DNA of 64,000 bases from an uncultured Thermoprotei archaeon (GTDB lineage Archaea > Thermoproteota > Thermoprotei > Thermofilales > B15-G2): positions 448 to 64,447 of the forward strand of contig CBDUKN010000003.1 of assembly GCA_965367815.1 (NCBI GenBank). Direction: 5' to 3'. This document shows, piece after piece, positions 1 to 9,060 of the stretch; within the stretch, counting starts at the first letter, position 1; each line of letters begins with the position of its first letter. The position numbers and the translations under genes were made by a program. Below the pieces are notes generated by a model that was given only the letters and a program-made list of their open reading frames with translations, had not been told where the DNA came from and ran no database searches.

Positions 1-1481
1 CTCAGTTGATCGATATCTGTTTCATATGATTCTATGAAATCTACCCAAATCCCGGAGTCCCAGAGCATCTTATAGATACCTCGAATAGTGTAGGATAGGT
101 GTTTATCTAAATCCCGCTCGTAGAATCCTCTAGCCTGCATAAAATGCCACAGATCCTCGTTGATTAATATAGCTACCTCTGCTTGAGGAACCCTGCCTTC
201 GTTAAAGAGCTCTGAGTACTCATTTAGTGCTCTACTTAGTCGTCCAGCCTCTTCAGCTCTAGGTGTAGTGTCTCTTCGAAAGTCTAGCAATCCGAAACCA
301 TATGCTTCTGTCCAGAAGATCTCAGGTCTAATATTCCAGAAGAGTAGCTCTTGAATACCCGAGGAGAGAGCTGTTAATACCCAACGTCTTATGTCCTCAG
401 ATGTTGGAACTCTATCCCATCCCCCTTTAGGCCCTCCCTGGAACTCTGCTGCAGCAATCTTACGATCGGGACCTGCAGCGCATCTAATGTAGTCGTACCT
501 GAGTGCTATAGCTAGAACTTCTTCAAGAATACACTTTTCGCGAGAGACAGGTATACCGGGAGACGGGTATCCAGTATCCCACTCGTGGAAAGTACCTGTT
601 GGATAGCATGAACTTCCGTAGATATCTACTTCTTTTGCCCAACGCCAATCATAGCCTCTTCCTGGCTGAATTCCGCCAACGTGTGCTGATACTGGGCGTT
701 TTTTAGGATCATTAGCTTTGACTGTATTCACCTTCCAGCGAAGCTGACTAGGTATGTATACGTCGTACATAAAGTATCTCCAGTCGATGTATGATGGTAC
801 TCTTCGGTAGAGTCTAGGTGGCTCAACTTCACTCCAGTCACCGTAACCAGTACGCCATGCTCTATTAAGCTCTTCTAAGCTACCATACTTTTTACGTAGC
901 CATTCTCTGAAGCGAGCTATGGTGTACTTGCAATAGCAGAAGCCTAAAGTGGCTGAGGGTATTATCATCTCTCTATGTAAGGGCCAGATCCCAATCTCCT
1001 GATTGATATTCCACTCTATGATATTATCGTAGCGACTAAGTCTTTGTACAAGCTTACTCAGAAAGTTTATTGCTGCTTTACGTGCTCTTGGATGATCCCA
1101 GCAGGGTCCGGGTTTACCGTCATAAGGAAGCCTATATTGAGTTGGATCATAGTGTTTTTCTCCAGTACTATAGACCATACAGCAATCTGGATACTTTTTA
1201 TAGAGCCATGCTGGAGCTTGTTCTAAAGTTACTACAAAATATACATACAATCCCAGTCTTTCAGCTTCTTCTATAAGGAACTCTATTTTGTCTAGAGTTA
1301 TCTTACCTTCTACACTTTCATCTATACACCAGTGCTCCTGGAATCTAAGTGTATTAAGACCTAGATGCTTAATAGTTCTCATGTCGTGTAGAAGCTCGTC
1401 TATAGGTCTAGAAGGTTCAAAGTAAAACTGCGCTCCTACAGGAAACATACACTTAGTTTTACTCTTAGCATTAACTAACAT
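1..1481 (-). CDS. GH42-like beta-galactosidase-family glycoside hydrolase, N-terminal ~490 aa (3' end lies beyond window start)
   Basis: Absent from the ORF track because it runs off the edge. Hand translation of the minus strand from ATG at 1481 (alternative in-frame ATG at 1448) gives MLVNAKSKTKCMFPVGAQFYFEPSRPIDELLHDMRTIKHLGLNTLRFQEHW...LYVYFVVTLEQAPAWLYKKYPD...IIEWNINQEIG. The frame stays open to nt 1. Layout is a GH42-type TIM barrel. Confidence 0.7.
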   Translation of the reverse strand, partial: MLVNAKSKTKCMFPVGAQFYFEPSRPIDELLHDMRTIKHLGLNTLRFQEHWCIDESVEGKITLDKIEFLIEEAERLGLYVYFVVTLEQAPAWLYKKYPDCCMVYSTGEKHYDPTQYRLPYDGKPGPCWDHPRARKAAINFLSKLVQRLSRYDNIIEWNINQEIGIWPLHREMIIPSATLGFCYCKYTIARFREWLRKKYGSLEELNRAWRTGYGDWSEVEPPRLYRRVPSYIDWRYFMYDVYIPSQLRWKVNTVKANDPKKRPVSAHVGGIQPGRGYDWRWAKEVDIYGSSCYPTGTFHEWDTGYPSPGIPVSREKCILEEVLAIALRYDYIRCAAGPDRKIAAAEFQGGPKGGWDRVPTSEDIRRWVLTALSSGIQELLFWNIRPEIFWTEAYGFGLLDFRRDTTPRAEEAGRLSRALNEYSELFNEGRVPQAEVAILINEDLWHFMQARGFYERDLDKHLSYTIRGIYKMLWDSGIWVDFIESYETDIDQL

Positions 1482-1822
1482 CTAGTACTACCGGTAGAAT
1501 TAACTCGACTACTTAAAAATATCTTCGTTATTCCATCCATTTGAACAAACCTTATTAGGTAATCTCCATGAATACTATAGCTACAGAATTGTTAAAGAGT
1601 GGTTATTCATCAAACACTAGAGACTCCTAAACAATTATCAAACTAACTCTTGATTACAGTTATGGGCTAAGTATTGTTAATAAACCTTCCTCTTAACCAT
1701 AGTGTTTTTAACCATACTACTTTTATCCGCTTTAACCTCTACGCAGTCATAGGAGATGAATCCCACCTCCAGTGATAGTCCTAGTTATCTTTCTAATGAG
1801 ATAAATCACTTTTATTGGACTT

Positions 1823-1972
1823 TTGCTAGTAACTATTATACCGAAAGATCTTCGAGAAGCACTAGGGGTTAAGGAAGTATATCTGCTGATAACTGAAGAG
1901 CCTAAAGAAAGGATTTTCCTTAAGAAAATAAATATATTAAACCTGGAGAGCTGTGAGAATGGAAGTCTATAA
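1823..1972 (+). CDS. Possible small AbrB/SpoVT-fold (antitoxin-like) ORF or remnant, TTG start
   Basis: Not in the track (no ATG). The frame opens after TAA at 1802-1804 and reads LLLVTIIPKDLREALGVKEVYLLITEEPKERIFLKKI. This resembles the vtIPKeiRexLGi swapped-hairpin consensus, but the N-terminal strand is missing. It overlaps the next ORF by 20 nt. Confidence 0.3.
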   Translation: MLVTIIPKDLREALGVKEVYLLITEEPKERIFLKKINILNLESCENGSL

Positions 1973-2234
1973 CAAAGTTATGATAGAGCTAGAAGGACTG
2001 AAAAAGGATTGTGTTAGTCCCAAATACCTCATCCCTGACTACTCAAATTTTCCCACCTATCTAGAAGATAGAGTTCATTACAAGAATTCGTCGAGAAAGA
2101 CTATTGACTTCAAGTACTGTCAGAAGAATATAGTAAAGTTGTTAGAGGGAGTTAGAAAGGAGAGAGCTAGTAAAATTAATTTCATCTCAGGCAGTAGGAC
2201 CTGGATATTATACTTAACATTCTTCTCTTCTTAA
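1953..2234 (+). CDS. Hypothetical 93-aa ORF (GTG start), coding status doubtful
   Basis: ORF track only. No recognisable motif. It lies in a ~900-bp gene-poor stretch. Confidence 0.25.
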   Translation: MRMEVYNKVMIELEGLKKDCVSPKYLIPDYSNFPTYLEDRVHYKNSSRKTIDFKYCQKNIVKLLEGVRKERASKINFISGSRTWILYLTFFSS

Positions 2235-2399
2235 TCGACTGATAAGCATCGAAAGGTGAGCAAGACTACTCAGTAGTAGAGAAGAGGTAGTAATTAATAA
2301 CTTAAATAAACCGTAATAGCTAAACAGCTTTTTCTATAAGTCTTAAGAATAGGTCGAACTGTTTTTTCTTAAAATTTAAAAATAATTTTATATTTTCAA

Positions 2400-4700
2400 T
2401 TATACTACTGGTATATGGAATACTTTTACATCGCATACTCCGAGTTCAATATCTAGTTCAGGTTTACTTCCGGTTATCTTGAATTTCCTCTCCTTAAGTA
2501 ACTCTGTTATTTCATATTCTTTATCTTTAAGTCCCATTCTATCTCTACTCATTTTTAGTGTTACTTTATGCTCTTTATCTCCTATCTCTATTAAGAAGAC
2601 TAAGTAACCATCCTCACTATATCTAGCGCCTACTAATACTTCCTCCTTTAGATTATCAGGTGTGATCTGTGCATAGGGTTCAAGGCCAGAGGCGCTTAGA
2701 GCACTCTTCAGTATGAGCTCTAAAGCTCTGTCTTCGAAGTCGGCTGCTAGATAAATGCAGAGTCCTTTACCATATTTATTCGCAATTATTACAGGTTTAC
2801 CATCACACTCAGCAATAACCTTGGCAGTATCCGCGATAACTGTTACATCTTGTGCTGGAAGGCACCAATAAGTACTACCCTTTATAAGATCGTAAAAGTT
2901 GCTACTCATCTTAGCGTATCTCGACTTTTCTGCAACCATGTTACGAATATAGTCTAATGCGAATGTTCGGTCTATAGTTAGTAGCATCTTGTTTGCTTGG
3001 AATGGTGTAAAGGTCTCGAGTAGCCAGTTTCCCGCCTTTACTCTCTCTTGGAGGTAGCCATGAACCCTATGTAGATGTACCAGAAGCTCCCTATCATTAT
3101 CTACAGTCGCTTTAACGCCTGTAATTTCTCTTAAAGGTTCACAAGGTGTTTCCGAATAAGGCTCGCCTGTTTCATCAAACTCTCCACAGAAGGGGTTCAT
3201 AAGGAGAACTCCTCCTCTCTCTACGTATCTTCTAAGACCCTCGGCCTCTGAACGTGAAATATATTTTATGTGAGGTGCTATTACAAGTTTATATTCATTG
3301 ATTCTTCCATCTAAGAGGTATTCTTCGTTGATTATTGCGGTCTCTGCACCGAATCCGTGTTTAAGTAGTAATGAAAGGAACTTCATAGTGGGAGGTATAG
3401 AGACTCCACTTTCGTGAAAACTATTCTCGTCTAAAATTAGGATACCGATGGAGGGCTTCAATGGTGGTGAACTACCGAGAATAGGGGAGAGTCTTCTAAA
3501 TATTTTATTTAATTCCATAACAGCTATAAATGATTCCTTGAACTGAGGCTTTTCTCTAGGATCATATTCATAGCTTTTACTAGTCACTAGTCCCCAGTAG
3601 TCTGACTTGAAGTCCCAGAAAGTCATTCCTGTTCCTCCCATTGCTTGAATAAACCATGCATTTCTAATACACCATCTATAGTCCTGGAAACCAGACATCT
3701 CATTTACCTGATGAGGCGGGCTTGAAGAACCTCTGGCAATAGCAATATAATATAAAGCTCTAGTGAAGGAAGCTTCGAAATCTTGAATTCCGGCATGAGC
3801 GTTTTTAGCCCTAGAACATACTTTATACCATCTCTGATAACCACTCCATCCGGGAAGATCCATATTCATTTCAAGTGAGATAGGTCTATAAGGATCGTAC
3901 TTATGTACTGTATTACAGAATTTCACTAGTGTATCTACTGCTATGTACTGCTTGAACCTATACCAGTCCCATCTCGCTACTTTCCATTTTTTTAAGCTTC
4001 TTCCCTTAAAGTCTTCAGGCTTAAGGCTTACCGGAGGATATACTTCTTCCCATGAACCATAAGTATTTGGATCATTGTTCCAGCGCTCACCGAGCTCCTC
4101 TAGGCTAAACTGTTCTTTAAGCCACTCTCTGAACCTGAATATTGTATAACTGTCATAGCTGGCGTCTTCTCTAGTGCCCATAATTTTCTTTTCCTTAAAA
4201 CTAGGTAGGAAAGGCCAGTTTTCACCGCATAACCAGTAGTCGCCAAGAACATCCTCATACTCCATACCAACTTCTATTAATCTCTTAATATACTCCTCCA
4301 TTTCTTTGAAATAGTTTTCATCAAAAGCATATCCACCTGCTACATCCATTGGAACTTTTCTACCAGTTTCGGTAATCCAGTACCAATTGTATTTTTCAAC
4401 CATCCACCTAGGCGGGTTGGGATAAAAATGAATAAAGACAGTTATGCCCATTTTTCTAGCTCTTCTAAGTAGTGTTCTTAAAGGTTCTAACCTCCACTCA
4501 TCTTCAGATGGATGTACTCTTTTCCAGGGAGCAAAGAAGTCAGCTGAAGTAAATCCGGCTTTAAGATAGAGATTCTTATCAGTGGTGACTAATTCTTCGG
4601 GAAGTGATATTATGTAGTCACCTCCATGGTAGGCTGAAGTCTTAATGAACGGTTTGTTCTTGTAATAGAAGCACCCATTCTTTACATAAAAGCTTTTCAT
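2400..4700 (-). CDS. Distant GH42-like multi-domain glycoside hydrolase (TIM barrel + GATase-like middle domain + beta C-domain)
   Basis: 766 aa with no signal peptide. Motifs seen: FFAPWKRVHPSEDEW, GITVFIHFYPNPPRWM and DYWLCGENWPF (candidate acid/base region). The middle segment GGVLLMNPFCGEFDETG resembles GH42 domain B. Confidence 0.55.
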   Translation of the reverse strand: MKSFYVKNGCFYYKNKPFIKTSAYHGGDYIISLPEELVTTDKNLYLKAGFTSADFFAPWKRVHPSEDEWRLEPLRTLLRRARKMGITVFIHFYPNPPRWMVEKYNWYWITETGRKVPMDVAGGYAFDENYFKEMEEYIKRLIEVGMEYEDVLGDYWLCGENWPFLPSFKEKKIMGTREDASYDSYTIFRFREWLKEQFSLEELGERWNNDPNTYGSWEEVYPPVSLKPEDFKGRSLKKWKVARWDWYRFKQYIAVDTLVKFCNTVHKYDPYRPISLEMNMDLPGWSGYQRWYKVCSRAKNAHAGIQDFEASFTRALYYIAIARGSSSPPHQVNEMSGFQDYRWCIRNAWFIQAMGGTGMTFWDFKSDYWGLVTSKSYEYDPREKPQFKESFIAVMELNKIFRRLSPILGSSPPLKPSIGILILDENSFHESGVSIPPTMKFLSLLLKHGFGAETAIINEEYLLDGRINEYKLVIAPHIKYISRSEAEGLRRYVERGGVLLMNPFCGEFDETGEPYSETPCEPLREITGVKATVDNDRELLVHLHRVHGYLQERVKAGNWLLETFTPFQANKMLLTIDRTFALDYIRNMVAEKSRYAKMSSNFYDLIKGSTYWCLPAQDVTVIADTAKVIAECDGKPVIIANKYGKGLCIYLAADFEDRALELILKSALSASGLEPYAQITPDNLKEEVLVGARYSEDGYLVFLIEIGDKEHKVTLKMSRDRMGLKDKEYEITELLKERKFKITGSKPELDIELGVCDVKVFHIPVV

Positions 4701-4738
4701 AGGTCTCGACCACTGTTATCGGATTAAGAATTTTACGC

Positions 4739-4764
4739 TTTTAAGCTTTGCGAAAAGCTTTAAA
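4739..4764. promoter_or_regulatory. Palindromic hairpin (7-bp stem AAGCTTT/AAAGCTT, GCGA loop) between two co-directional genes
   Basis: Read directly: aagcttt(4743-4749) gcga aaagctt(4754-4760), with 3 further A:T pairs after one mismatch. Confidence 0.3.
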
Positions 4765-4862
4765 AATAAGCCCAAAGCCTAAGTCGGCAGTGATATCTCG
4801 GTTTTCATATATTTCCTAGCTCGATGTACCATTTAGCTTGGATTTATAGAGGCTCATTATTA

Positions 4863-6785
4863 TCATTTGAGAAGCTGAGAAAAATCCTTAAAAAAAGTGG
4901 AGCTATGCGTAATAGCATAGGTTATTTCTGTTGACTTAATTGAGTCTATGTATATTGGAAAGCACTCTATAGAGGGAAATGGGCACCAGTACTTCTCTTC
5001 ATCTACCCCAAGGGTAACCTCACCTCTACCGCTTAGTAGTTGGAATATCCAAGTTTCATTATTCTTCTTTATCAAAACTGTGTACTTATTTCTCTTGATG
5101 AATCTAGTATTTGGGTCTTTTACTATGGGCTCGACCACTTTTATTCCCTTAAGTTTGTGTTGTTCACATTTTAGCTTTAATCGCTTGACTAGTTTTCTGC
5201 CATAAAATTCATATATCAGAGTATAGTTAATTCCAGAATCTTCGAAGTTCCTTGACTTAAGATTTCCTCTACATGAAACTAATATCGTTGCCTCTCTGCC
5301 AGGATGAAGACTGAGTTTTCCATTAATTTCATATAAATTTGTGTAGTACTCTCCATCCTTATAGTAATCTATTCTAGGGGTTAAGGGTAGTAGATTTTTC
5401 TCCATAGGCATATGCATAATCTCATGAGGTTTATAGACTGTTTGACTAGAGGTTTGCATTAGACCATAGTTTTTCCACCATAGATTAGATATACATCCTC
5501 CTGTAGGTGAGGTGATGTATCTTCTATCTTTATATCCATAGTTATAAGAGTAGGCTGTTACAGTAGCCATATACTCGTCAGTTCTCACCAGTACTACGTT
5601 AATTGAGGAGAAGTACTTAAACCAGTTTTTTCTCTGAGATGGTATTGGGCTCTTTTTCTTCGGAGTAGTACCATATTCTATTGCGAAAGCTAAGTTCTCT
5701 GCTCGTGTAAAGGTGGGGTATATGCAGGGAGTAAATGAGGGATCGTGGATCCATGAGTGAGGACCATATCCTACTAGTCCTCCTTGAATCATTTTACGTA
5801 AGTATACTAAGTTGAGATGTGATGCGGTAGCGAATCTGGGATCTTCGTCGGCTAATAAATCAAAAGCCATTTGGCACCCATGTGCTGTCTTACTACCATA
5901 GGTCGTCCACTTATAGCTTCTACTACCCCATGAATCGTCGATAGAGCCGTCTGGATAGACGAAGAAAAGATGTGTTTTAAGTGCTTTCAATACTTTCCTC
6001 TTAACGAAATTATCTTTAGTGATGAGGCTGTAGAGCGCTAGGGTTCCTAAGGACATGTCTAGATTATATCCTAGATCGATTCCCGTTCTTCGGTTATTCT
6101 CAATAGCTCCCTCACCTACAATAAACCCCTCCTCATTAATCTTCTTCACAACTAGATGTGCTAGCTCCCTGGCTTTAATGAGGTACTCTGGTCTCTTTAA
6201 GACCTTGTAGGATAGAGCGAGTGAGGCAGAAGTAGTGGCTGAGTAATTAATATTAGCGAAGGTCTCGCTCATTACTGACATAAGCCAATCAGCAGCACGA
6301 GCTATCGCCTGTCTCCACAGCTTATAAGACTTTGTTGAAAGTTTATCCTTCAGAATAAGGTAGGCTGCCGAGAGGGAGAGCAGTTGAAACGTCGTCGTTC
6401 CTGTCCACTTTTCTGGAGTTTCGTACCAAAAGCCCTCTTCTTTCTGCTCTGAGACCAGCCAGTCTCCAAGTCTTATAGCAGCCACGAGGTATTTTTTCTC
6501 ACCACTATGCTTATGGGCTACAGCTAAGGGATATACTGCTTCACCAGCTCGTGTATGTATTGTATTACAGGCGATGCACTGTATAGCACCGAAATTCTCG
6601 TCTTGCTCATCAATAATCTGTAGTTTACATAGTGTATCACATAGTTGATACAGCATCTTAAGCTTACTTCGTAATGACATAAAATCACTCTCTTGAAATG
6701 AAATCTCAGTTAAACTTTTATACTTTAATTTCAGTGAAGCTAGTAATAAATCGTGTGAACGACTTAAGCTGTAAATCCTACTCAT
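4863..6785 (-). CDS. Hypothetical protein: helical (alpha/alpha)-toroid-like N-half with a QW-type motif and a beta-rich C-half; possible glycan-active enzyme
   Basis: 640-aa ORF. Contains SEQKEEGFWYE (QxxxGxW-like). Helix-pair-like periodicity in aa ~60-340, and a beta-rich tail. It is co-directional with the GH42-like gene. The function call is weak. Confidence 0.35.
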   Translation of the reverse strand: MSRIYSLSRSHDLLLASLKLKYKSLTEISFQESDFMSLRSKLKMLYQLCDTLCKLQIIDEQDENFGAIQCIACNTIHTRAGEAVYPLAVAHKHSGEKKYLVAAIRLGDWLVSEQKEEGFWYETPEKWTGTTTFQLLSLSAAYLILKDKLSTKSYKLWRQAIARAADWLMSVMSETFANINYSATTSASLALSYKVLKRPEYLIKARELAHLVVKKINEEGFIVGEGAIENNRRTGIDLGYNLDMSLGTLALYSLITKDNFVKRKVLKALKTHLFFVYPDGSIDDSWGSRSYKWTTYGSKTAHGCQMAFDLLADEDPRFATASHLNLVYLRKMIQGGLVGYGPHSWIHDPSFTPCIYPTFTRAENLAFAIEYGTTPKKKSPIPSQRKNWFKYFSSINVVLVRTDEYMATVTAYSYNYGYKDRRYITSPTGGCISNLWWKNYGLMQTSSQTVYKPHEIMHMPMEKNLLPLTPRIDYYKDGEYYTNLYEINGKLSLHPGREATILVSCRGNLKSRNFEDSGINYTLIYEFYGRKLVKRLKLKCEQHKLKGIKVVEPIVKDPNTRFIKRNKYTVLIKKNNETWIFQLLSGRGEVTLGVDEEKYWCPFPSIECFPIYIDSIKSTEITYAITHSSTFFKDFSQLLK

Positions 6786-6874
6786 TAGCTTAAGAAAATA
6801 GAATATTCTTAACTCGTAAGAATTATGGGGTAATTCTTATAGTACTTGTAAATACTGCATAGATAGGGGTCTAA

Positions 6875-7153
6875 ATGAGAGATGTAGAAGAGATACTAGT
6901 ATTATTATCTAAGCGATTAGGCATTTCAAAGGAGGAGGCTCGTAGACTTTTACACAAGTATATATGTAGAGGACAGTGTAACTGGTATAGGAAAGAGGCT
7001 AAGAACACAGGCTTCGCTGATATAATTATTACTGATGAACAAGCTAGAATAATGAAAGAGATTTTAGATAAGGCTATGAGTAATCTATCTCACGAGGATA
7101 GGTTTAAGAGAATCCACAAGTATATCTGTCCTGGAGAGCCATGTTCGGTGTAG
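6875..7153 (+). CDS. Small hypothetical protein with duplicated HKYICxGxxC motif (possible 4-Cys metal site)
   Basis: 92 aa. LLHKYICRGQC lies near the N-terminal third and RIHKYICPGEPC at the C-terminus. Confidence 0.5.
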   Translation: MRDVEEILVLLSKRLGISKEEARRLLHKYICRGQCNWYRKEAKNTGFADIIITDEQARIMKEILDKAMSNLSHEDRFKRIHKYICPGEPCSV

Positions 7154-7252
7154 TACATTAGATACTATCTATACTTAATGATGTTATTGAGAGAGACTAA
7201 ACTTTCATCAAGTGTGTTTTGAGAGAGCGTAAAATTGATGAGTAGTTTATTT

Positions 7253-8236
7253 TCAATAATAAAGTAGTATTCCTAGTACTCTTTCCTTGCGCGTTATAAG
7301 TGATTTATAGGCATCTGAAGCCTTTTCGATAGGGAGTCTAAGGCTTATATAGTCTTTAACTCTTAATCTCCCTTTAGCCATAAGCTTGAGTACAAGTTTC
7401 ATATCATCTTTTTCAGTCCAATAGTGTGGTAGAGACTCACACTTCGGTCTAACAATAGTATGAGCTCCTATGATAATCAGTCCCTTTCTATGGACGAGAG
7501 TATAGAAGTTCACAGTTGATACTCCTCTAGGGCTTCCTAAGATCACCACCCTTCCGAGGCTTCTAGCCATTTTTAAAGCCATTGGTATAGCGTTAGGATT
7601 TCCAGTAGCTTCTATGACTACATCAGCACCTCTCCCGTTAGTCAAGCGCCTTACCTCTTCGACAGCATTTACTTTAGAGGGGTTTATCGCATAATCTGCA
7701 CCATGTTTAACTGAGACTTTAAGTCTCCAGTCAATAAGATCAACTGCTATTACAGGAAATCCTCCACTAAGTCTAGCGAGTTGAAGAGCTAATTGACCTA
7801 TAAGACCCTGTCCTATTACGACGACAGAACTTCCCAGCTCTATGAATCCCTTCCTGACGCCTTGAAGAGATATAGATGCTAAATTAAAGAAAGCAGCTTC
7901 TTCAGCAGATAAGCCCTTAGGAACTCTAATCACTTGATTGCTTCGAGCTAGAACGTGACTACTATGTGGTGTTGGGGATACTACGAGATCTCCTCGTCTG
8001 AATCCTTCGACATCTTCTCCAAACTCCTCAATTACACCAACATTAGAGTATCCTGGATATTGAGGGAATTTTTGAGGGGTATTGGGTAGTGCTATTAAGA
8101 AAGCAGTCTCGGTCCCAGGACTTATAAGACTACAGATAGTTTTGATTAGTATTTGGCCTGAGCGAGGCTTAGGGACTTCGAACTCTTCGATATCTACAGT
8201 CCCCTTGTCCCTAAAGACTACTCTCCTACCTCTCAA
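7253..8236 (-). CDS. Medium-chain dehydrogenase/reductase (zinc-type alcohol/polyol dehydrogenase family)
   Basis: 327 aa. GroES-like N-domain (CSLISPGTE, GYSNVGVIEEFG) and Rossmann motif VVVIGQGLIGQLALQLA. Confidence 0.85.
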   Translation of the reverse strand: MRGRRVVFRDKGTVDIEEFEVPKPRSGQILIKTICSLISPGTETAFLIALPNTPQKFPQYPGYSNVGVIEEFGEDVEGFRRGDLVVSPTPHSSHVLARSNQVIRVPKGLSAEEAAFFNLASISLQGVRKGFIELGSSVVVIGQGLIGQLALQLARLSGGFPVIAVDLIDWRLKVSVKHGADYAINPSKVNAVEEVRRLTNGRGADVVIEATGNPNAIPMALKMARSLGRVVILGSPRGVSTVNFYTLVHRKGLIIIGAHTIVRPKCESLPHYWTEKDDMKLVLKLMAKGRLRVKDYISLRLPIEKASDAYKSLITRKERVLGILLYY

Positions 8237-8298
8237 ACAAACACCATTTTCATAAGTGCTGAAGTGTATTTAACGATTATTTAACTTCTTCGATAGTT

Positions 8299-8613
8299 CT
8301 AATCTACTTTAATGTACTTCTTGATGTGCCTCCAGTACCATTTTGCCTCCTTTTTACTAACAAGATGTATTTCAAATGGGTGAAATAAGGGAAGACATGC
8401 CTTTTCCTCAATAAGTGCTTTAAGTTCCCCCCTCTCTTTATTAGACTTGATGCGCTTACTGCATACTATTAAGATATCTACGTCACTTCCTCCCGTCCAT
8501 GTGCCCTCAGCGACACTACCGAAAACATAGATTTCACAGTCTCCTAAGACTTCCTTAGCTGTAGCAGCTATTTTCTCAACCCAATATTTCCAGTTTTCAA
8601 CAATTTTCTTCAT
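8299..8613 (-). CDS. Minimal nucleotidyltransferase (MNT, NTP_transf_2), antitoxin-type partner of the HEPN protein
   Basis: Contains the GSVAEGTWTGGSDVDILIV (GSx10-12D/ExD) motif. The likely start is MKKIVENW at 8613, 7 nt after the HEPN stop. The track ORF extends to 8649. Confidence 0.85.
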   Translation of the reverse strand: MKKIVENWKYWVEKIAATAKEVLGDCEIYVFGSVAEGTWTGGSDVDILIVCSKRIKSNKERGELKALIEEKACLPLFHPFEIHLVSKKEAKWYWRHIKKYIKVD

Positions 8614-8620
8614 TTTTAAG

Positions 8621-9013
8621 CTAAATACGTATATTTCTGACAAAATCAATCACCTTTTCAGCAAAATTTATGAGCTCCTCTGTTTCCTCCTTCTCATATC
8701 TCTTAAACAAGTATCTTGAGGCGAGATAAGCTTCCTCTAAGCGCACTAGAAGAGACCTATTGCTTTTAACAAACTCTTCCACTACAATGCCTTCTTTACA
8801 TAAGTCACATAGTATACCGAGCAGCCGCCTAATAACATGTGTTCTAGGCATTTCGCCTGTAACCTCTAATATCTTATACTTTATGAACAGCTGTACAGCT
8901 TGCTCAGCCATGAATGCAGCAATATCATAGTCACCTATTCTGAGGTGATACCTGGCTGAATTAAGCATTCTGAGAGCTCTACTTTTTATTAATTCTACTT
9001 CTTCTCTTCTCAT
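8621..9013 (-). CDS. HEPN domain protein (toxin-type partner of MNT)
   Basis: 130-aa helical protein with PRTHVIRRLL (the conserved tH..L of HEPN PF05168-like proteins). It lies immediately upstream of the MNT gene. Confidence 0.75.
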   Translation of the reverse strand: MRREEVELIKSRALRMLNSARYHLRIGDYDIAAFMAEQAVQLFIKYKILEVTGEMPRTHVIRRLLGILCDLCKEGIVVEEFVKSNRSLLVRLEEAYLASRYLFKRYEKEETEELINFAEKVIDFVRNIRI

Positions 9014-9060
9014 TTACAGATAAATAGTGCTGAAACCCTATATTACTTTATTGAAGTATA

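Noticed and set aside
1044-1276. Plus-strand ORFs 1044-1226 and 1070-1276
   Set aside because: Antisense to the edge-truncated GH42-like gene that I translated by hand.
7177-7241. Possible C/D-box sRNA (AATGATGT ... CTAA ... TTGATGAG)
   Set aside because: No terminal CUGA D box on either strand and the spacings do not fit the 12-nt rule.
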